Below, in pieces: positions 50,930-64,000 of a DNA stretch of 64,000 bases. The notes beneath the pieces are model-generated. The model had not been told where the DNA came from, did not search any database, and saw only the letters and a program-made list of their open reading frames with translations. Made by a program: the position numbers and the translations under genes. The stretch lies in assembly GCF_963921235.1 (NCBI RefSeq), contig NC_086097.1, positions 193,380,001 through 193,444,000 on the forward strand. The letters are read 5' to 3'. Within the stretch, counting starts at the first letter, position 1. Every line of letters begins with the position of its first letter. Source of the DNA: Mobula hypostoma (taxonomy: Eukaryota).

Positions 50930-53330
50930 GATCCTGACATAAAGATCCTGTATCTCCTTCCTGATGGCAGCAGCAAAAAGAAAACATGACCTGGATGGTA
51001 GGGAGCCTTGGTGATGGATGATACTTTCTCTGTGACAGTACTGCTTGTAGATGTGGGGAGGTGGAGAGGGTTTTACCTTTGATGGACTGGGCTGTATACA
51101 CAACTTTTTGCAGGCTTTTCCATTCAAGGACATTGGTGCTCCCATACCAGTCATTATACTCTCCACCATGCATCTATAGAAGTTTTGTCAAAGTTTTAAA
51201 TGAAATGACTAATATTTGTAAACTTCTAAGAAAGTAGAGGAGCTGCGGTGCCTTCTTTGTATGTGCTGGACCCAGGACAGATCCTCTGAATGGTAGTGCC
51301 GAGAAATTTAAAATTACTGACCCTCTCCACTTATGATCCCTGATGAGGACAGGCTCATGTTTCTCTAGTTTCCTCCTCCTGTCATCAATAATTAGCTTTT
51401 TGGTTTTGCTGACGTTGAGTTAGAGATTGTTGTGGCACCATTCAGCCAGGATTTCTCTCTCCCTCCTGTATGCTGATTTGTGACCACCTTTGATTCAGCC
51501 AGCGACAGTGGTGCTATCAGCAAATTTGAATATGGCATTGGAGCTGTGCTTATCCTCACAGTCATGAGTACGGCTGTTGTGGAGGAGATATTTTGCAAAT
51601 CCGAACTGACTGGGGTCTGAAAGTGAGGAAATCCAGGATCCAGTTGTGCAGGAAACATTGAGGCCCAGGTCTTATGGCTTATTTTTGAGGTGATGATAGT
51701 GTTGAATGCAGAGCTATAGTCAATGAAGAGCATCCTCATTGCATCTTCACTGTATCTTCAGCGTCCTGATGTTCCAGGGTTGAGTGAAGAGCCAATGAAA
51801 TGGCGTCTGCTGTTGACCTGTTGTGAATGTAAGCAAATTAGAGCGGAACCAAGTTGCTGCTCAGGCAGGAGTTGATATGTTTCATCACCAACCTTTCAAA
51901 ACACTTTATCACTGTGGGTATAAGTGTTACTGGATGATAGACATTGAGGCAGGTCACCACGTTCTTCTTGGTCACCAGTAAAATTGAAGCCTGCTTGACG
52001 CAGGTGGGTACCTCAGACTGCTGAAGCAAGAAGTTCAAAATATCAATGAAAACTCTGGCCAGTTGATTAGCATAGGTCTTCAGTACTTGGTCAGGTACAC
52101 CACTTGGACCAGATGCTTTCCATGGGTTCACCCTCCTGAAGGAAGCACTCGCACAGCCTCAGAAGGTAAAATCACAGGGTTGTTGGGGGCTGTAGGAGTA
52201 CCTCCACGAAGGGTCTCGGCCTGAAACGTCGACTGCGCCTCTTCCTATAGATGCTGCTTGGCCTGCTGCGTTCACCAGCAACTTTGATGTGTGTTGCTTG
52301 AATTTCCAGCATCTGCAGAATTCCTGTTGTTTACCTCTATGTTTTGCTGGTCAATGCAAGCAAAAAAAGCATTGAGCTCATCTGGGAGTGAAAAATTGTT
52401 GTTACATATGTCACTTGGTTTTACTTTTAAGAGGTAATAGCATTCAAGCCCTGCCACAGCTGTTGAACATCCTTCTGTGATTAAGTTTGGTCTGGAATTG
52501 CTACTTCATATGTGAGTGGAACCAAGTAAGCTTTCCAGAGGTTATACCTGGACTTCTTATATTTTACTTGGATGCCAGACCTGAATGCCACTGATCTAGT
52601 CCTCGGCAGGTGGTGGATCTCTTGGTTCATCCAGTCGGGATACATTTGCCCACAGATGACTTTATAAAGTACAAGTCAACCATGGTGAGTTTGTTCAGAT
52701 CCTCTGATGTGTCCTCGAACATGGCCCAGTCTAGTGATTTGAAGCAATTCCATAGCTGCTCCTGTGTCTCCTGCAACCACCTCATTGTTGTCCTTATCTC
52801 AGGAACCTTGTTCCTTAGCCTCTGCCTGTATGCAGGTAGGAGGAGGACTGTCAGATGGTCAGATTTCCCAAAATATAGTCTAGGGATGGAACAGCAGGAA
52901 TTCCTGATCGTAGTGTGACAGTGTTTGAGTCCGTTTGGACCTCTGATGCTGTAGGTGATATATTGATGATAACTGGGCAGAGATTTTTTCAAGCAAGCCT
53001 GATTGAAATCCCCGGCAATGATTTGAAAAGCACTGGAGTAGGCTGTTTCTTGTTTGCTAACCATGGCACTCAACGCTTGCTCAGCATCTGCCTTTGGCGG
53101 TATGTAAACTGTGGTCAGGATCATGGAAGAGAACTCTGTCAGTAAGCAGAATAGACAGCACTTAATCATTAGATGCCCCAGGTCAGGAAAACAAGAGTGT
53201 GACAAGACCACTACATTGGAGCACTATGAAGAGTATATCATAAAACTTTTGCCTTGTCCAAATCAGCAATTTGGTCCATCCAGTGGATTGAGAACCCCTT
53301 GAACTCGATCACTGTACCTGGTATGTCTGA
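50930..53330 (-). mobile_element. Rex1/Babar-like LINE remnants
   Basis: [46 protein letters not shown]. Confidence 0.75.
52205..52331 (+). mobile_element. Mini Penelope-like 3' end starting inside the hammerhead core
   Basis: ACGAAGGGTCTCGGCCTGAAACGTCGACTG...; flanking direct repeat TACCTC. Confidence 0.78.
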
Positions 53331-54764
53331 AGTTAGCCATGTCTCTATGAAACAAAGAACACAGCAAATCATCATTTCCCTTCAATACATCAATCTTGCC
53401 CTAAGGTCCTCTATCCAGGAGCCACAATAAGTAAGTCAAATGTTCCTTTGCCACTTATTGTTCCTTATTTTCCCTTATCGACTGAGAGACAAAGTACAAA
53501 AGCAGATAAGTTATGCCCAATCTAAATGGAATACCAGCTGCAGCTAGAGTATTACATAGAGTTCTGGTCATTACAGTGACTGCACCAGAGTGGGTGGAGC
53601 AATGATTCTGCAGGATGTGCCAGGATTGGAAACTGAGAAAAAAAATTAGACAGCAAGATTTTTTTTTCCTGGAATGGAGGAGGCTTGCAGAAAATTGAAT
53701 TGAGGAATATAAATCCATGAAGTACAAGATCAAGCAATGAGGAAGCACCTCTTTTCATTAGCAGAAGGGTAAAAAACTGAGGCATACAATTAAAGGCTTT
53801 GATAGAAGGATTAGAGGGGAATAAGGAAATATTGTTCATTCAGAGTGATGTAGGTAACTGGAACTTAATACTGGTAATAGTGATGGAGAAAAACCTCTAA
53901 CATTAAAAAAAACTACTACTTGGATATGCATTTGAAAAGTGAAGGCTTAATGGACCTAATGATAGAAGGTGGCATGGGAGCTGAGGGATAAATTTTGTCT
54001 TTTACAACACTGTGAGACTCACTGGACCAAATGGTTTCATTTGGCAAATTTCTTTGATTCTATGAATGACGCACTTTGAAAAATAAATGCTTGTACTGCA
54101 AACTGTCACATGCAGGTTATCTCCCTTTTGTGTGCCAGTACCTGCCAAAGGAAGAGTGGATATATATAGCATGCCAGAATTTAAATCCTTAGTAGAGCCA
54201 GTGCATTCTGACGTCTTCCACAGAATTGGTCAGAACTTCAGTCAAGGTCATTAATGAATCTTTTGAACAGCAGGGGTCCCTGCTGCTTTGAATATTGCTA
54301 TTTAGAGAAAGATAAAGGATTGCGAATAGATACTGTTTGCATTGCAGCACATATGAACCATTTTTGACTGATTAACTTTCAATATTTCTGCCAATGAATA
54401 AAGTAGCAATAATTATTTGAATTGCTGCTTTGTCATTTCTGCTTTCTTCTTAATTTCCTGCTGAATTTAATATCTCAGTTATATGAATTTGTGCACCAGT
54501 TGCTCAGAAATGGATTGTGCTGGAAGCTTAAATGGAACACCTCCGTTTAATTTGATTGGCCTGCAGTACTACACGAGAGACCTGTAGACAACATAACTTC
54601 CTTGGGCACTGCAAAATCGGAGCTGAAAGGGCCCCCCTTTTTATTTCATGACCATTGAGCAATAAAAGTAGATGCATATTAACAAGAAGAAAATCTAAGC
54701 CTCAAGATTTATGATTCAAGTTTATGTATTACATGCATATTGAAACATACAGTAAAATCCATTT

Positions 54765-55755
54765 AAGATGATGTTGGATCTCGTCATTAAGGTCGACATT
54801 GGAGGAGAGGTGTCTTCCAAGATACGGAAAGTGGTCCACGTTTTCCAGGATTGTTTCGCCAAGTTGAATTGACAGTTTTATCTGATTTGTCTAAGTTGGT
54901 GACAGTTGGTAGATGATCTGAGTCTTCTTGGAATTGATGGTAAGTCTGAGTTTCGTGATTGCACAATTGAAGGCAGTCAGAATCTGTTGTAGGTGGTTTT
55001 CTGAGAGAGCTGCAACACCGTTGTCATCTGCGTATTGGAACTTGATGAGGGAACTTGTGGATGTCTTCGTTTTGGATTTGAGATGGGCAAGATTGAAAAG
55101 TCTGCCATCTGTTCAGTAGACAATTTTGATTCCTGGGGGATAATGTGGATGATTGTCACAATGAAGATGGTGAACAAATTTGGGGCAATCACATATCCCT
55201 GTTTTACTCCTGATCTAACTTGAAAAGGCTCACAGTTACTGTTTTGCTAAACGAAGCAAAAACAACAAGTGTTGAAGCTTACGTCATCAAGAACCAACTA
55301 AGATGGAGCGGTCATGTTGTTCAGATGAAAGAGGAACGTCTGCCGAAACAAATCTTCTACTCCCAGCTTAAAGAAGGCAAACGTAAAAGAGGCGGACAAC
55401 AGAAGAGATTCAAAGACGTCTTAAAAGCCAACATGAAGAAATGTAACATTGACATCAACAATTGGGAAACCAATGCCAAGGACAAGAAACTCTGGCAAGC
55501 CATCATCTGAGAAGGAACAGCAACTTTCAAAGCCAACAGACGTGCAGAATTAGAAGAAAAGAGAAGAAAATGGAAAGAGAGGCAGCAACAACCAAAGCCC
55601 AACCTGCCATATGGAACTACCTGTCCTGAATGCGGAAGAACTTTGAAAGCCAAGGTTGGACTCATAAGCCACTTGAGAGCCCATAAGTAAATCAACAGAA
55701 TGAAGACCATGATCCTTGACCTCGAGAGATAGCCATGACGACGACGACAATGACG
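54765..55755 (+). mobile_element. RTE LINE with 5' inversion
   Basis: Antisense RT segment (GVKQG, QYADD, FPYLG) 54765-~55240 then sense 3' segment QLRWSGHV..CPECGR..H with (GAC)n tail. Confidence 0.78.
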
Positions 55756-57779
55756 AAAATGCATCATTTACAACAACAGCCAACACACTTGAGGATGTGC
55801 TGGGGGCAGCCCGCAAGTGAAACCAAACATTCCGGTGCCAACATAGTGTGCCCACAATGCTCAGCAGAATAACACAGAACACAACAAACTAACAACAGCA
55901 AAACAAGCCGCATTCACCATCCTTCCCAGGCACATACAGAGTCCTCTAACCCCCAGACTATCCTTATTCTTCAGCATCCAGTGGAGTTGGATCCAGATTC
56001 AGATGTGGGCCCATTGACTACGCCAGCATACCCGCAGAGATTCAAAGACCCAAGCACTGGCCAATGGATCTCAATTTCCAGACTTCCAATTTGATCTTCA
56101 GTCCTCGAATTTCAGCATTAACCACAGGACCCACCTTCTTGCGGTCTTACTGATTCGCAAACTCAGAGGGTCATTGGACCTCATTCCTCTTGCCAGCATG
56201 GAATGCCAACTCTGGAATCCACCAACAACTTGTTGTCCCTAGGGGAGCCACCATCCTTCATTCACACTGGTCTGTCAGCTAGACATCCTGGCTTGGTCTG
56301 TAGACGTCCCATGTCCTTCAGTGTTGTGTCACTGTACTTCGAACATGGATCGGAGTCCTAAGATTCCAACCTGTCTTTTTATTCCTCTAATTCCCCCACA
56401 TCTCCATTCCTAAACCCATAACCTGACTCCTAACTCCCATCTCTGTTCCCAAAACCCCCCAAAAAAACACCAAAAAATCAAATTAAAAAAACATAAACAC
56501 AATAAAAACTGAGCTGTGACCTCAGCAGAGGTTGCAGCTCAGTGCTATTTTGAACAATTTTAACTCAATTTCAATAAACTTTCATTCACATTAATGACTG
56601 AGATAGAATAGGGTAAACTCAGGATGTCAAAATTATGGCGGTGACAGAATTCATGGGCCCCCTACTGTCACTGTGTATAGCAGGTAAAACTGCTCTGAAC
56701 ATGCCTGCTATAAACCATAGAACTGTAACAGAATATTCTCTAGCTTGCTTAGAAATGAACTTTGAAGGAGGGCATGGAACATCACCTTAAGAGGTTAATT
56801 CTTACTTTAAATAGACTTCTGTTGACCTGCCAGAAATTGCACGCATAAAGTGGGAAACTGCCAGATGTCTGACATAATCAGGTGGGCATCCTGCTATCAG
56901 CCAGAAATGAGGACTGAGGGTTAAATTCATCTTGTGCTGACACTGATAACAATATGGGTCAGAGCTTTGTTCATCAGCACTCACTCTAGTCACCTGCTAC
57001 ATTTAGGATGCAGGTTGAAATCACTAGAGTTTTACAGGATTTAAAAGGAAGACTGTAGCATTCTGTGTTAGCTGTGGATTAATTGGTGCTACTATTCCTT
57101 CAGAGTGAGAAAGTTGTGGTTTTAAGTTCATTCCAAGTACTCCAAAAATCTAAGTGACAATTCAGTGAGATACAAAAGAAGTACTGCACTACCAGAGTTA
57201 TTAACTTGTGGATTATAGTGTATATGTGGCAGAGAATCAGTCAATTCAGCCTAACCAGTTGGCATTTAGGCTCAATTAGAACCCCCACATGTTCAGTGAA
57301 CCCCTTCACATCCTCAGATGCTCATTCATTTCTTCTTAAATACATCTATACTATTCTTTTCAAACCCTGTGGTATGGGTTCTGCATTCTCTCCCTTCTTT
57401 GGTTAATATGCTTTCTTCCGAATTTCTCATTAAATTTGCTAATGACCACTTTTTGAATATTTTCATCCTTTCCTGAAATGTATACTCTGGCATTTGTGAT
57501 ATCATCCCAACTTATAATGTTTTACACTCTGCAATAAGCTATGTACGCTGTAAAAGTTATATACTCTGTAATGCACAAGTTGATACCTCTGGTAGTGCAG
57601 CACTTCCTCTGTACTGTACTGGATTGTGAATAGATTTTTGCATTGAAGTACTTGCAATGCAATTAAAATCCGAACTTTCTATGACCTATAAAAACTTCTC
57701 TTCAGTTTGCCTAAGGATAGTTTATGTTTAGAAAAACCTCCTAACTGCATTCTATCACCAGAAATAAACCCTGGTTCTT

Positions 57780-59810
57780 GGTTTGCTTTTTAAAAATAGC
57801 CTGTGGCAAATCTCCAAAATTTGCCTTAAGCCAGTGGTAGGGAAACTATTGGAAAAAAATTCTAAAGGACAGGATTTATGTTCACTTGGAGCAAGAGAGA
57901 CTGTATGGAGGAGTCAACATAGTTTTTTTTTGCAGGGGAAATCCTGGCTCACGACTGTGATTGCTTCTTGAGGAGGTAATTAAGAAAATTGATGAAGACA
58001 GGACAATAGACATGGTATAGAGTCATCCAGTATGAAAACAGGCACGACAGCCCAAATGGTGTTTTCCAACCAAGAGTCATGTTTAAACTAGACCCATTTG
58101 CCTGTGTTTGCTGCATATTCCCCTAAACCTTTCCTTTTCATGTACCTGTGCAAACTCATTTTACATGTTGTTAAAGTAGCTGTCTCAACCACTTCCTTGT
58201 GCAGGTTATTCCAATACTGACCATCCTTTGAGTGAAAAACTTGCTGCTTTGTTTCCAATTAATCTCTCCCTCTCACCTTAAACCTATGCCCACTCGTCTT
58301 GATTCTCCAAACCTGGGAAGACGACTGTGCACATTAACCCTATCTATGCCCCTCATGATTTTATACAGCTCTATAAGATCACCTATAATTTTCCTACAGT
58401 CTAATGAAAACAGTCCTGACCTGCTCAAACTTTCTCCAGCAGTATCTTTGTAAATATCCTCCTTACTCTTTCCAGCTTGACAATATCTGCCCTAGAGCAG
58501 GATGACCAAAACTGAACCAAAATTCCAATATGACCTCACTGACATCTTGTACAGCTGCAACGTAACACCTCAACTTAACAATGTCCTGACTGCTGATGAT
58601 CACTACGACAAAATCCTACTTCACCATAAGACCATAGGATATAGGAGCAGAATTAGGCTATTTGACCCATGAAGTCTGCTCCACCATTTCATTATGGCTG
58701 ATCCAATTTTCCTCTCAGCCCCAATCTCCTGCCTTCTCCCCGTGTCCCTTCATGTCCTGACTAATGAAGAATCTATCAATCTCTGCCTTAAATATACCCA
58801 ATGACTTGGCTTCCACAGTTGCCTGTGGCAATGAATTCCACAGATTCACCATTCTCTGGCTAAAGAAATTCCTTCCTATCTCCATTCTAAATGGATCTCC
58901 TTCTATTCTGAGGCTGTGTCCTCTGGTCTTGGACTCTGCCACCATGGGAAGCATCCTCTCCACATTCAATCTATTGAGGCCTTTCAACATTCGTCAGGTT
59001 TAATGAGATCTTCCCTCATTCTTCTGAACTTCAGTGAGTACAAGCCCAGATCCATCAAATGCTCCTTATATGATAACCCTTTCAATCCCAGAATCATATT
59101 TGTGAACTATCTTTGAACCGTCTCCAATGTCAGCACACCCTTCTTTAGATAAGCGGCCCAAAACTGAACGCGATACTCAAATGAGGCCTTACTGGTTCCT
59201 TATAAAGCCCCAACATTACATCCTTACTTTTATATTCTAGTCCTTTTGAAGTTAATGCTAACATTGCATTTGTTTTCCTTACCACCGACTCAACCTGCAA
59301 ATTAACCTTTGGGGAATCTTGCTCAAGGACTTCCAAGTCCCTTTGCATCTTGGATTTTTGAATTTTCACTCCAATGAGAAAATATTCTTCGCTTTTATTT
59401 TTTTTATCTAAGTACTCACCATACACTTCCCAACACTGTATTCCATCCGTCATTTCTTTGTCCATTCCCCTAATCTGTCTGTTCTTATGCAGCCTCCCTG
59501 CTTCTCCAACACTACCTGCCCCTCCACCTGTCTTTGTATCATCCATAAACTTGTCCACAAAGCCGTCAATTCTGTCATCCAAATCATTGACATACAATGT
59601 AGAAAGAAGCGGGTCCAACACAGACCCCTGTAGAACACCACTAGTCACCGGCAGCCAACAAGAAAAGGCTGCCTTACCTTATTGAGCAGCCTCATGTGTG
59701 GCACCTTGTCAAAGGCCTCCTGTGAATCCAAGTATACAGCATAATTTTGCTCGTAATTTCTTCAAAGAATTCTAACAAATTTGTCAGGCAACATTTTCCC
59801 TGAAGGAAAC
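57780..59810. mobile_element. Cluster of CR1-like fragments, mainly minus strand
   Basis: SGVLQGSVLDPLL..KFMDDTK; GHSLRIEG. Confidence 0.75.
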
Positions 59811-59984
59811 TCAGCAAATCTATAAAGTAGCAACTATAACAGGATCAATGAAAGATCATCTAGTGTGTAGAAGACAACAAACTATGCAAATACAAATGTA
59901 AATAAATAGCAATAAATAATTAGAACACGAGATAATAAGATAAAGAATGGGAACCTCTCAATAGATGGGCAAGTAAGTGTAGTT

Positions 59985-62030
59985 ATCCCCTTTTGTTCAA
60001 GAATCTGATAGTTGTGGGGTGGTAACTGTTCCTGAACCTAATGGCACAAGTCCTGAGGCTCTTGTACCTTCTACCTGATAGCAGCAGCAAGAGAAGTGCA
60101 TTACCTTGGTGATGGGAAACTCTGATGATGGATGCTGCTTTCCTATGACAACATTTCATGTAGATGTGCTCAATGGTTGGGAGGGCTTTGCCTGTGATGT
60201 ACTGGGCCAAATCTACTACATTTTGTAGGATTTTCCGTTCAAAGGCATTGCTGGTTACAATGCAGCCAGTCCATACACTCTCCACTGCACATCCATAAAA
60301 GTTTGTCGAAGTTATAGATGTCACGCCAAATCTCCGCAGACTCCTTAGGAAGTAGAGGCACGGCTGTGCTTTCTTCACAATTGCTGTTATGTACTGGGTC
60401 CAGGACAGATCCTCTGAAGCAGTAACACTCAAGGATTTAAAGTTGCTAGCCCATCTCAGAATCAGGTTTATTATCATCAGCGTGTGTTGTGAAATTTGTT
60501 AACTTAGCAGCAGCAGTTCAATGCAATACATAATATAGAAAAAGAATAAAATAATAATAATAAATAAATAAATTACAGAATACGTATATTGAATAGATTA
60601 AAATTTGCACAAAAAGCAGAAATAATAGATATTAAACATGTGAGGTAGTGTTCAAGGGTTCAATGTCAAATTAGGAATCAGATGGCAGAGGGGAGGAAGC
60701 TGTTCCTGAATCACTGAGTGTGTGCCTTCAGGCTTCTGTACCTCCTACCTGATGGTAACAGTGAGAAAAGGGCATGCCCTGGATGCTGGGGGTCCTTAAT
60801 AATGGACGCTGCCTTTCTGAGATACCGCTCCCTGAAGATGTCCTGGGTACTTTGTAGGCTAGTACCCAAGACGGAGTCGACTCTGCGACTTCTTTTAGTC
60901 CTGTGCAGTAGCCCTCTCCATACCAGACAGTGATGCAGCCTGTCAGAATGCTCTCCACAGTACATCTATAGAAGTTTTAGAATGTATTTGTTGACATATC
61001 AAATCTCTTCAAACTCCTAGTGAAATATATGCGCTGTCTTGCCTTCTTTATAACTACATCAATATGTTGGGACCAGGTTAGGTCCTCAGAGATCTTGACA
61101 CCCAGGAACTTGAAACTGTTCACTCTCCCCACTTCTGATCCCTCTATGAGGAATGGTATGTGTTCCTTCATCTTACACCTCTTGAAGTCCACAATCAGCT
61201 CTTTCATCTTACTGATGTTGAGTGCCAAGTTATTGCTGCGACTCCACTCCAGTAGTTGGCATATCTCACTCCTGTACGCCCTCTCATCTCCATCTGAGAC
61301 TCTACCAATAAAGGTTATATTATCAGCAAATTTAGAGATGGTGTTTGAGCTATGGCTAGCCACACAGTCATGGGTATAGAGACAGTGGAGCACTGAGCTA
61401 AGCACACACCCCTTAGGTTTGTCAGTGAGGAGGAGATGTTATCACCAATCCGCACAGATTGTGGTCTTCTGGTTAGGAAGGCGAGGATATAATTGCAGCG
61501 GGAGGTACAGAGGCCCAGGTTGTGTAATTTCTCAATCAGGATTGTGGGAATAATGGTATTAAATGCTGAGCTATAGTTGATGAACAGCATCCTGACATAG
61601 GCGTTTGTGTTGTCCAGGTCATGTAAGGCCGTGTGAAGAGCCACCTCTGATCCTTCACTGAGGACTGACTCATGGACCTCCAGTTTCCCACTCTTGATGT
61701 CTACAATCAATTCTTTGGTCTTGCTTACCATTGAGTGAAAGGTTCTTGTTATGACACCACTCAGCCAAATTTACAATCTCCCTCCTCTATGCTGATTCAT
61801 CTCTACCTTTGATTCAGCCCACAACAGTGGCATCATCAGCAAACTTGAATATGGTATTGGAGTTGTGCTTAGCCACAGAGTCTCAGTGTAAAGTGAGTAG
61901 AGCAGGGGGCTAAGCACACAGCCCTGTGGTTCACCTGTGCTGATAGAGATCATAGAGGAGATATTGTTGCCAATTCAAACTGACTGGGGTCTGCAAGTGA
62001 GAAAATCTACAATCCAATTGCACAAGGTGG
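59985..62030 (-). mobile_element. Stacked Rex1/Babar-like RT fragments
   Basis: [39 protein letters not shown]. Confidence 0.78.
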
Positions 62031-63540
62031 CCATGGACCGACATGTCAGAATGGGACTGGGAACTGGAATTAAAATGTTTGGCCACCAGGAAGTCCTGCT
62101 TGTGGTGGATGGTGCAGAGGTGCTTGACGAAGCAGTCCCTCAATTTATGACGGGTCTCACCGATGTAAAGGAGGCCACATAGAGAGCACTGGACACAATA
62201 TACGACCCCAGCAGATTTGCAGGTGAACTGTTGCCTCACCTGGAAGGATTGCTTGGGGCCCTGAATGGAGGTAAAGGAGGTGTATGAGCAGTTTTGTACT
62301 GTAAACAAAGTCACTGGAGAGACACAGCTGATAGATATGAAGTAGTCTTTTATTCAACAAAATTGGGACGCTCTCTGAAGGAAGAGGCCTGTTCAACCTA
62401 ACATTGAATGACATTTTATATGCTGAAGATCAAAGGACAATTCAATATTTACAATATATCAACAATGATTCCTTTGAATTACATATAACTTTCACACCTC
62501 CTTCTTCGTACCCACACTCCAGACAATGCCAAGGAACATTAAGCAGCTTTGAGTCCATGACCAAGTCTAAAGATTGGTTGCTGAAGTTAGTTGTTGCAGT
62601 TAATATTTTGCTATACACTCTAAATCCAGAATATACCCTGACAATCAGCTGTAGCACTTAGGCCTCTTGCAGGGTAAGTGCCTTGAGGGAGATTAAAGGG
62701 GAGGGATGAATGGACTAGGGAATTGTGGAGGGAGTGATCCCTGTGGAAAGCAGAGGAGGGAGGAAGGTAAATATATGTTTAGTGGTAGGATCCCTTTGGA
62801 GATGGCAGAAGTTGTGGAAGATTATGTGTTGGATGCAGAGGCTGATGGGGTGACAGGTAAGGACAAGAGGAACTTCCACTGTAAAGGCAGGGGGAAGATA
62901 AGGTGAGCGCAGATGCACTGGAAATGGAGGAAATGTGGTCGAGGACAACATCAATATTGGAGGGAGGGAAACCTCATTCGTTAAAGAAGGAGGACATCTC
63001 TGATGAAAAACAAGCCACCTCCTGGGAACAGATGCGGCAGAGGTGAAGAAACTGAGAAAAGGGAACAGCATTTTTATAGGAGATAGGGTGGGAAGGATTA
63101 TTGTTGAGATAGCCGTAGGATCCAATAGGTTTATAAAAGATGCCGGTTGACAGTTTGTCTCCAGAGCTGGAGACAGAGAGTTTGAGAAAGGAGTGGGAGG
63201 TGTCAGAGAAGGACCAAGTGAAGTTGAGGCAAAGTTTATAAGTTTGGTGAGCTCAGCATGCGTGCAAGAAGCAGCAACAATACAGGCATCAATGTAATGG
63301 GGGAAGAGTTGGGGAATATAACCAGGGAAGTCTTTGAACATGAACTGTCCAATGTTGTCAACGAAGAGGCGGGCATAGCTGGGGCCCATGGCTACCCCTC
63401 AAGTTTAGAGAAAGTGGGAGGAGCAAATGGAAAATTTTTTCAGGGTGAGGACCAGTTCTGCTAAATGGAGGAGGGTGGAGGTGGAGGGTGATTGGTTGGT
63501 TCTTTTATCAGGAAAGAAGGCAAGAGCTTTGAGGCCTTCT
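62031..63540 (-). mobile_element. Penelope-like element RT and GIY-YIG remnant with an unrelated ~350-bp insert (~62293-62648)
   Basis: MGPSYARLF..YIDAC RT motifs; VVYCVQCSLCGLLYIGET. Confidence 0.82.
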
Positions 63541-63544
63541 TGAT

Positions 63545-64000
63545 GGGGGACATTTGCTTCTTCTTCTTAAATTGCAGAGTGAATTCTATCATATTATGAT
63601 CATTGATCCCGCAGGATTCGTTTATCTGAAGCTCTCTAATCAATTCCAGTTCATTGCACAACACCCAATCCAGCATAGCTGATCCCCTAGTGGGCTCAAC
63701 CATGAGTTGCTCCAAAACGTCATCTCATATGCATTTTACAAATGCCCCCTCTTGGGATCCAGCACCAATCTGATTTTCCCAAACTACCTGCTTATTGAAA
63801 TCCCCCATGACTAACACAACATTGCCCTTTTGACATGGATTTTCTATATCCCATTGTAATTTATAGACCACATCTTTGCTAATGTTCAGAGATCTGTACG
63901 TAACTCCCATCTGGGTCTTTTTACCCTTGCACTTTCTTAGCTCTACACACAATGATACAACACCTTTCAAACCAATGCCCCCTCTTTCTAAGGGTTTGAT
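63545..64000 (-). mobile_element. CR1-like APE endonuclease fragment
   Basis: VMGDFN; PTRGSAMLDWVL; DHNMIEF. Confidence 0.8.

Noticed and set aside
56638..56715. Two adjacent 9-bp hairpins
   Set aside because: No H/ACA or other box motifs; compatible with chance or an old MITE
62293..62648. Insert within the Penelope-like remnant as a possible solo LTR
   Set aside because: TG...CA ends and reverse AATAAA are present but no matching TSD could be found

Overview
Eukaryotic, repeat-dense window; the repeat landscape (V-domain/HE1-like and Deu-domain SINEs, CR1/HER1-like LINEs, Penelope-like elements) suggests a cartilaginous fish such as a ray (inference). The only host gene seen is a non-muscle myosin regulatory light chain (MYL12-like) on the minus strand: coding exons 9065-9248 and 8445-8606, a probable non-coding exon 1 in a CpG island with a CArG box near 23 kb, and the last exon outside the window. 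Its intron 3 holds a young non-autonomous Gmr1-like Gypsy element whose 5' LTR carries a Nimb/I-clade RNase H fragment. Upstream lies a nest containing an endogenous retrovirus with an in-frame UGA-CUAG gag-pol junction and a deleted RT core, fold-back Penelope-like insertions with minimal hammerhead ribozyme motifs, two RTE LINEs with twin-priming-type inversions, solo LTRs, and hAT, Harbinger and Tigger MITEs. Repeat family names come from motif recall, not database searches. Boundaries backed by TSDs or splice sites are exact; other repeat boundaries are approximate.
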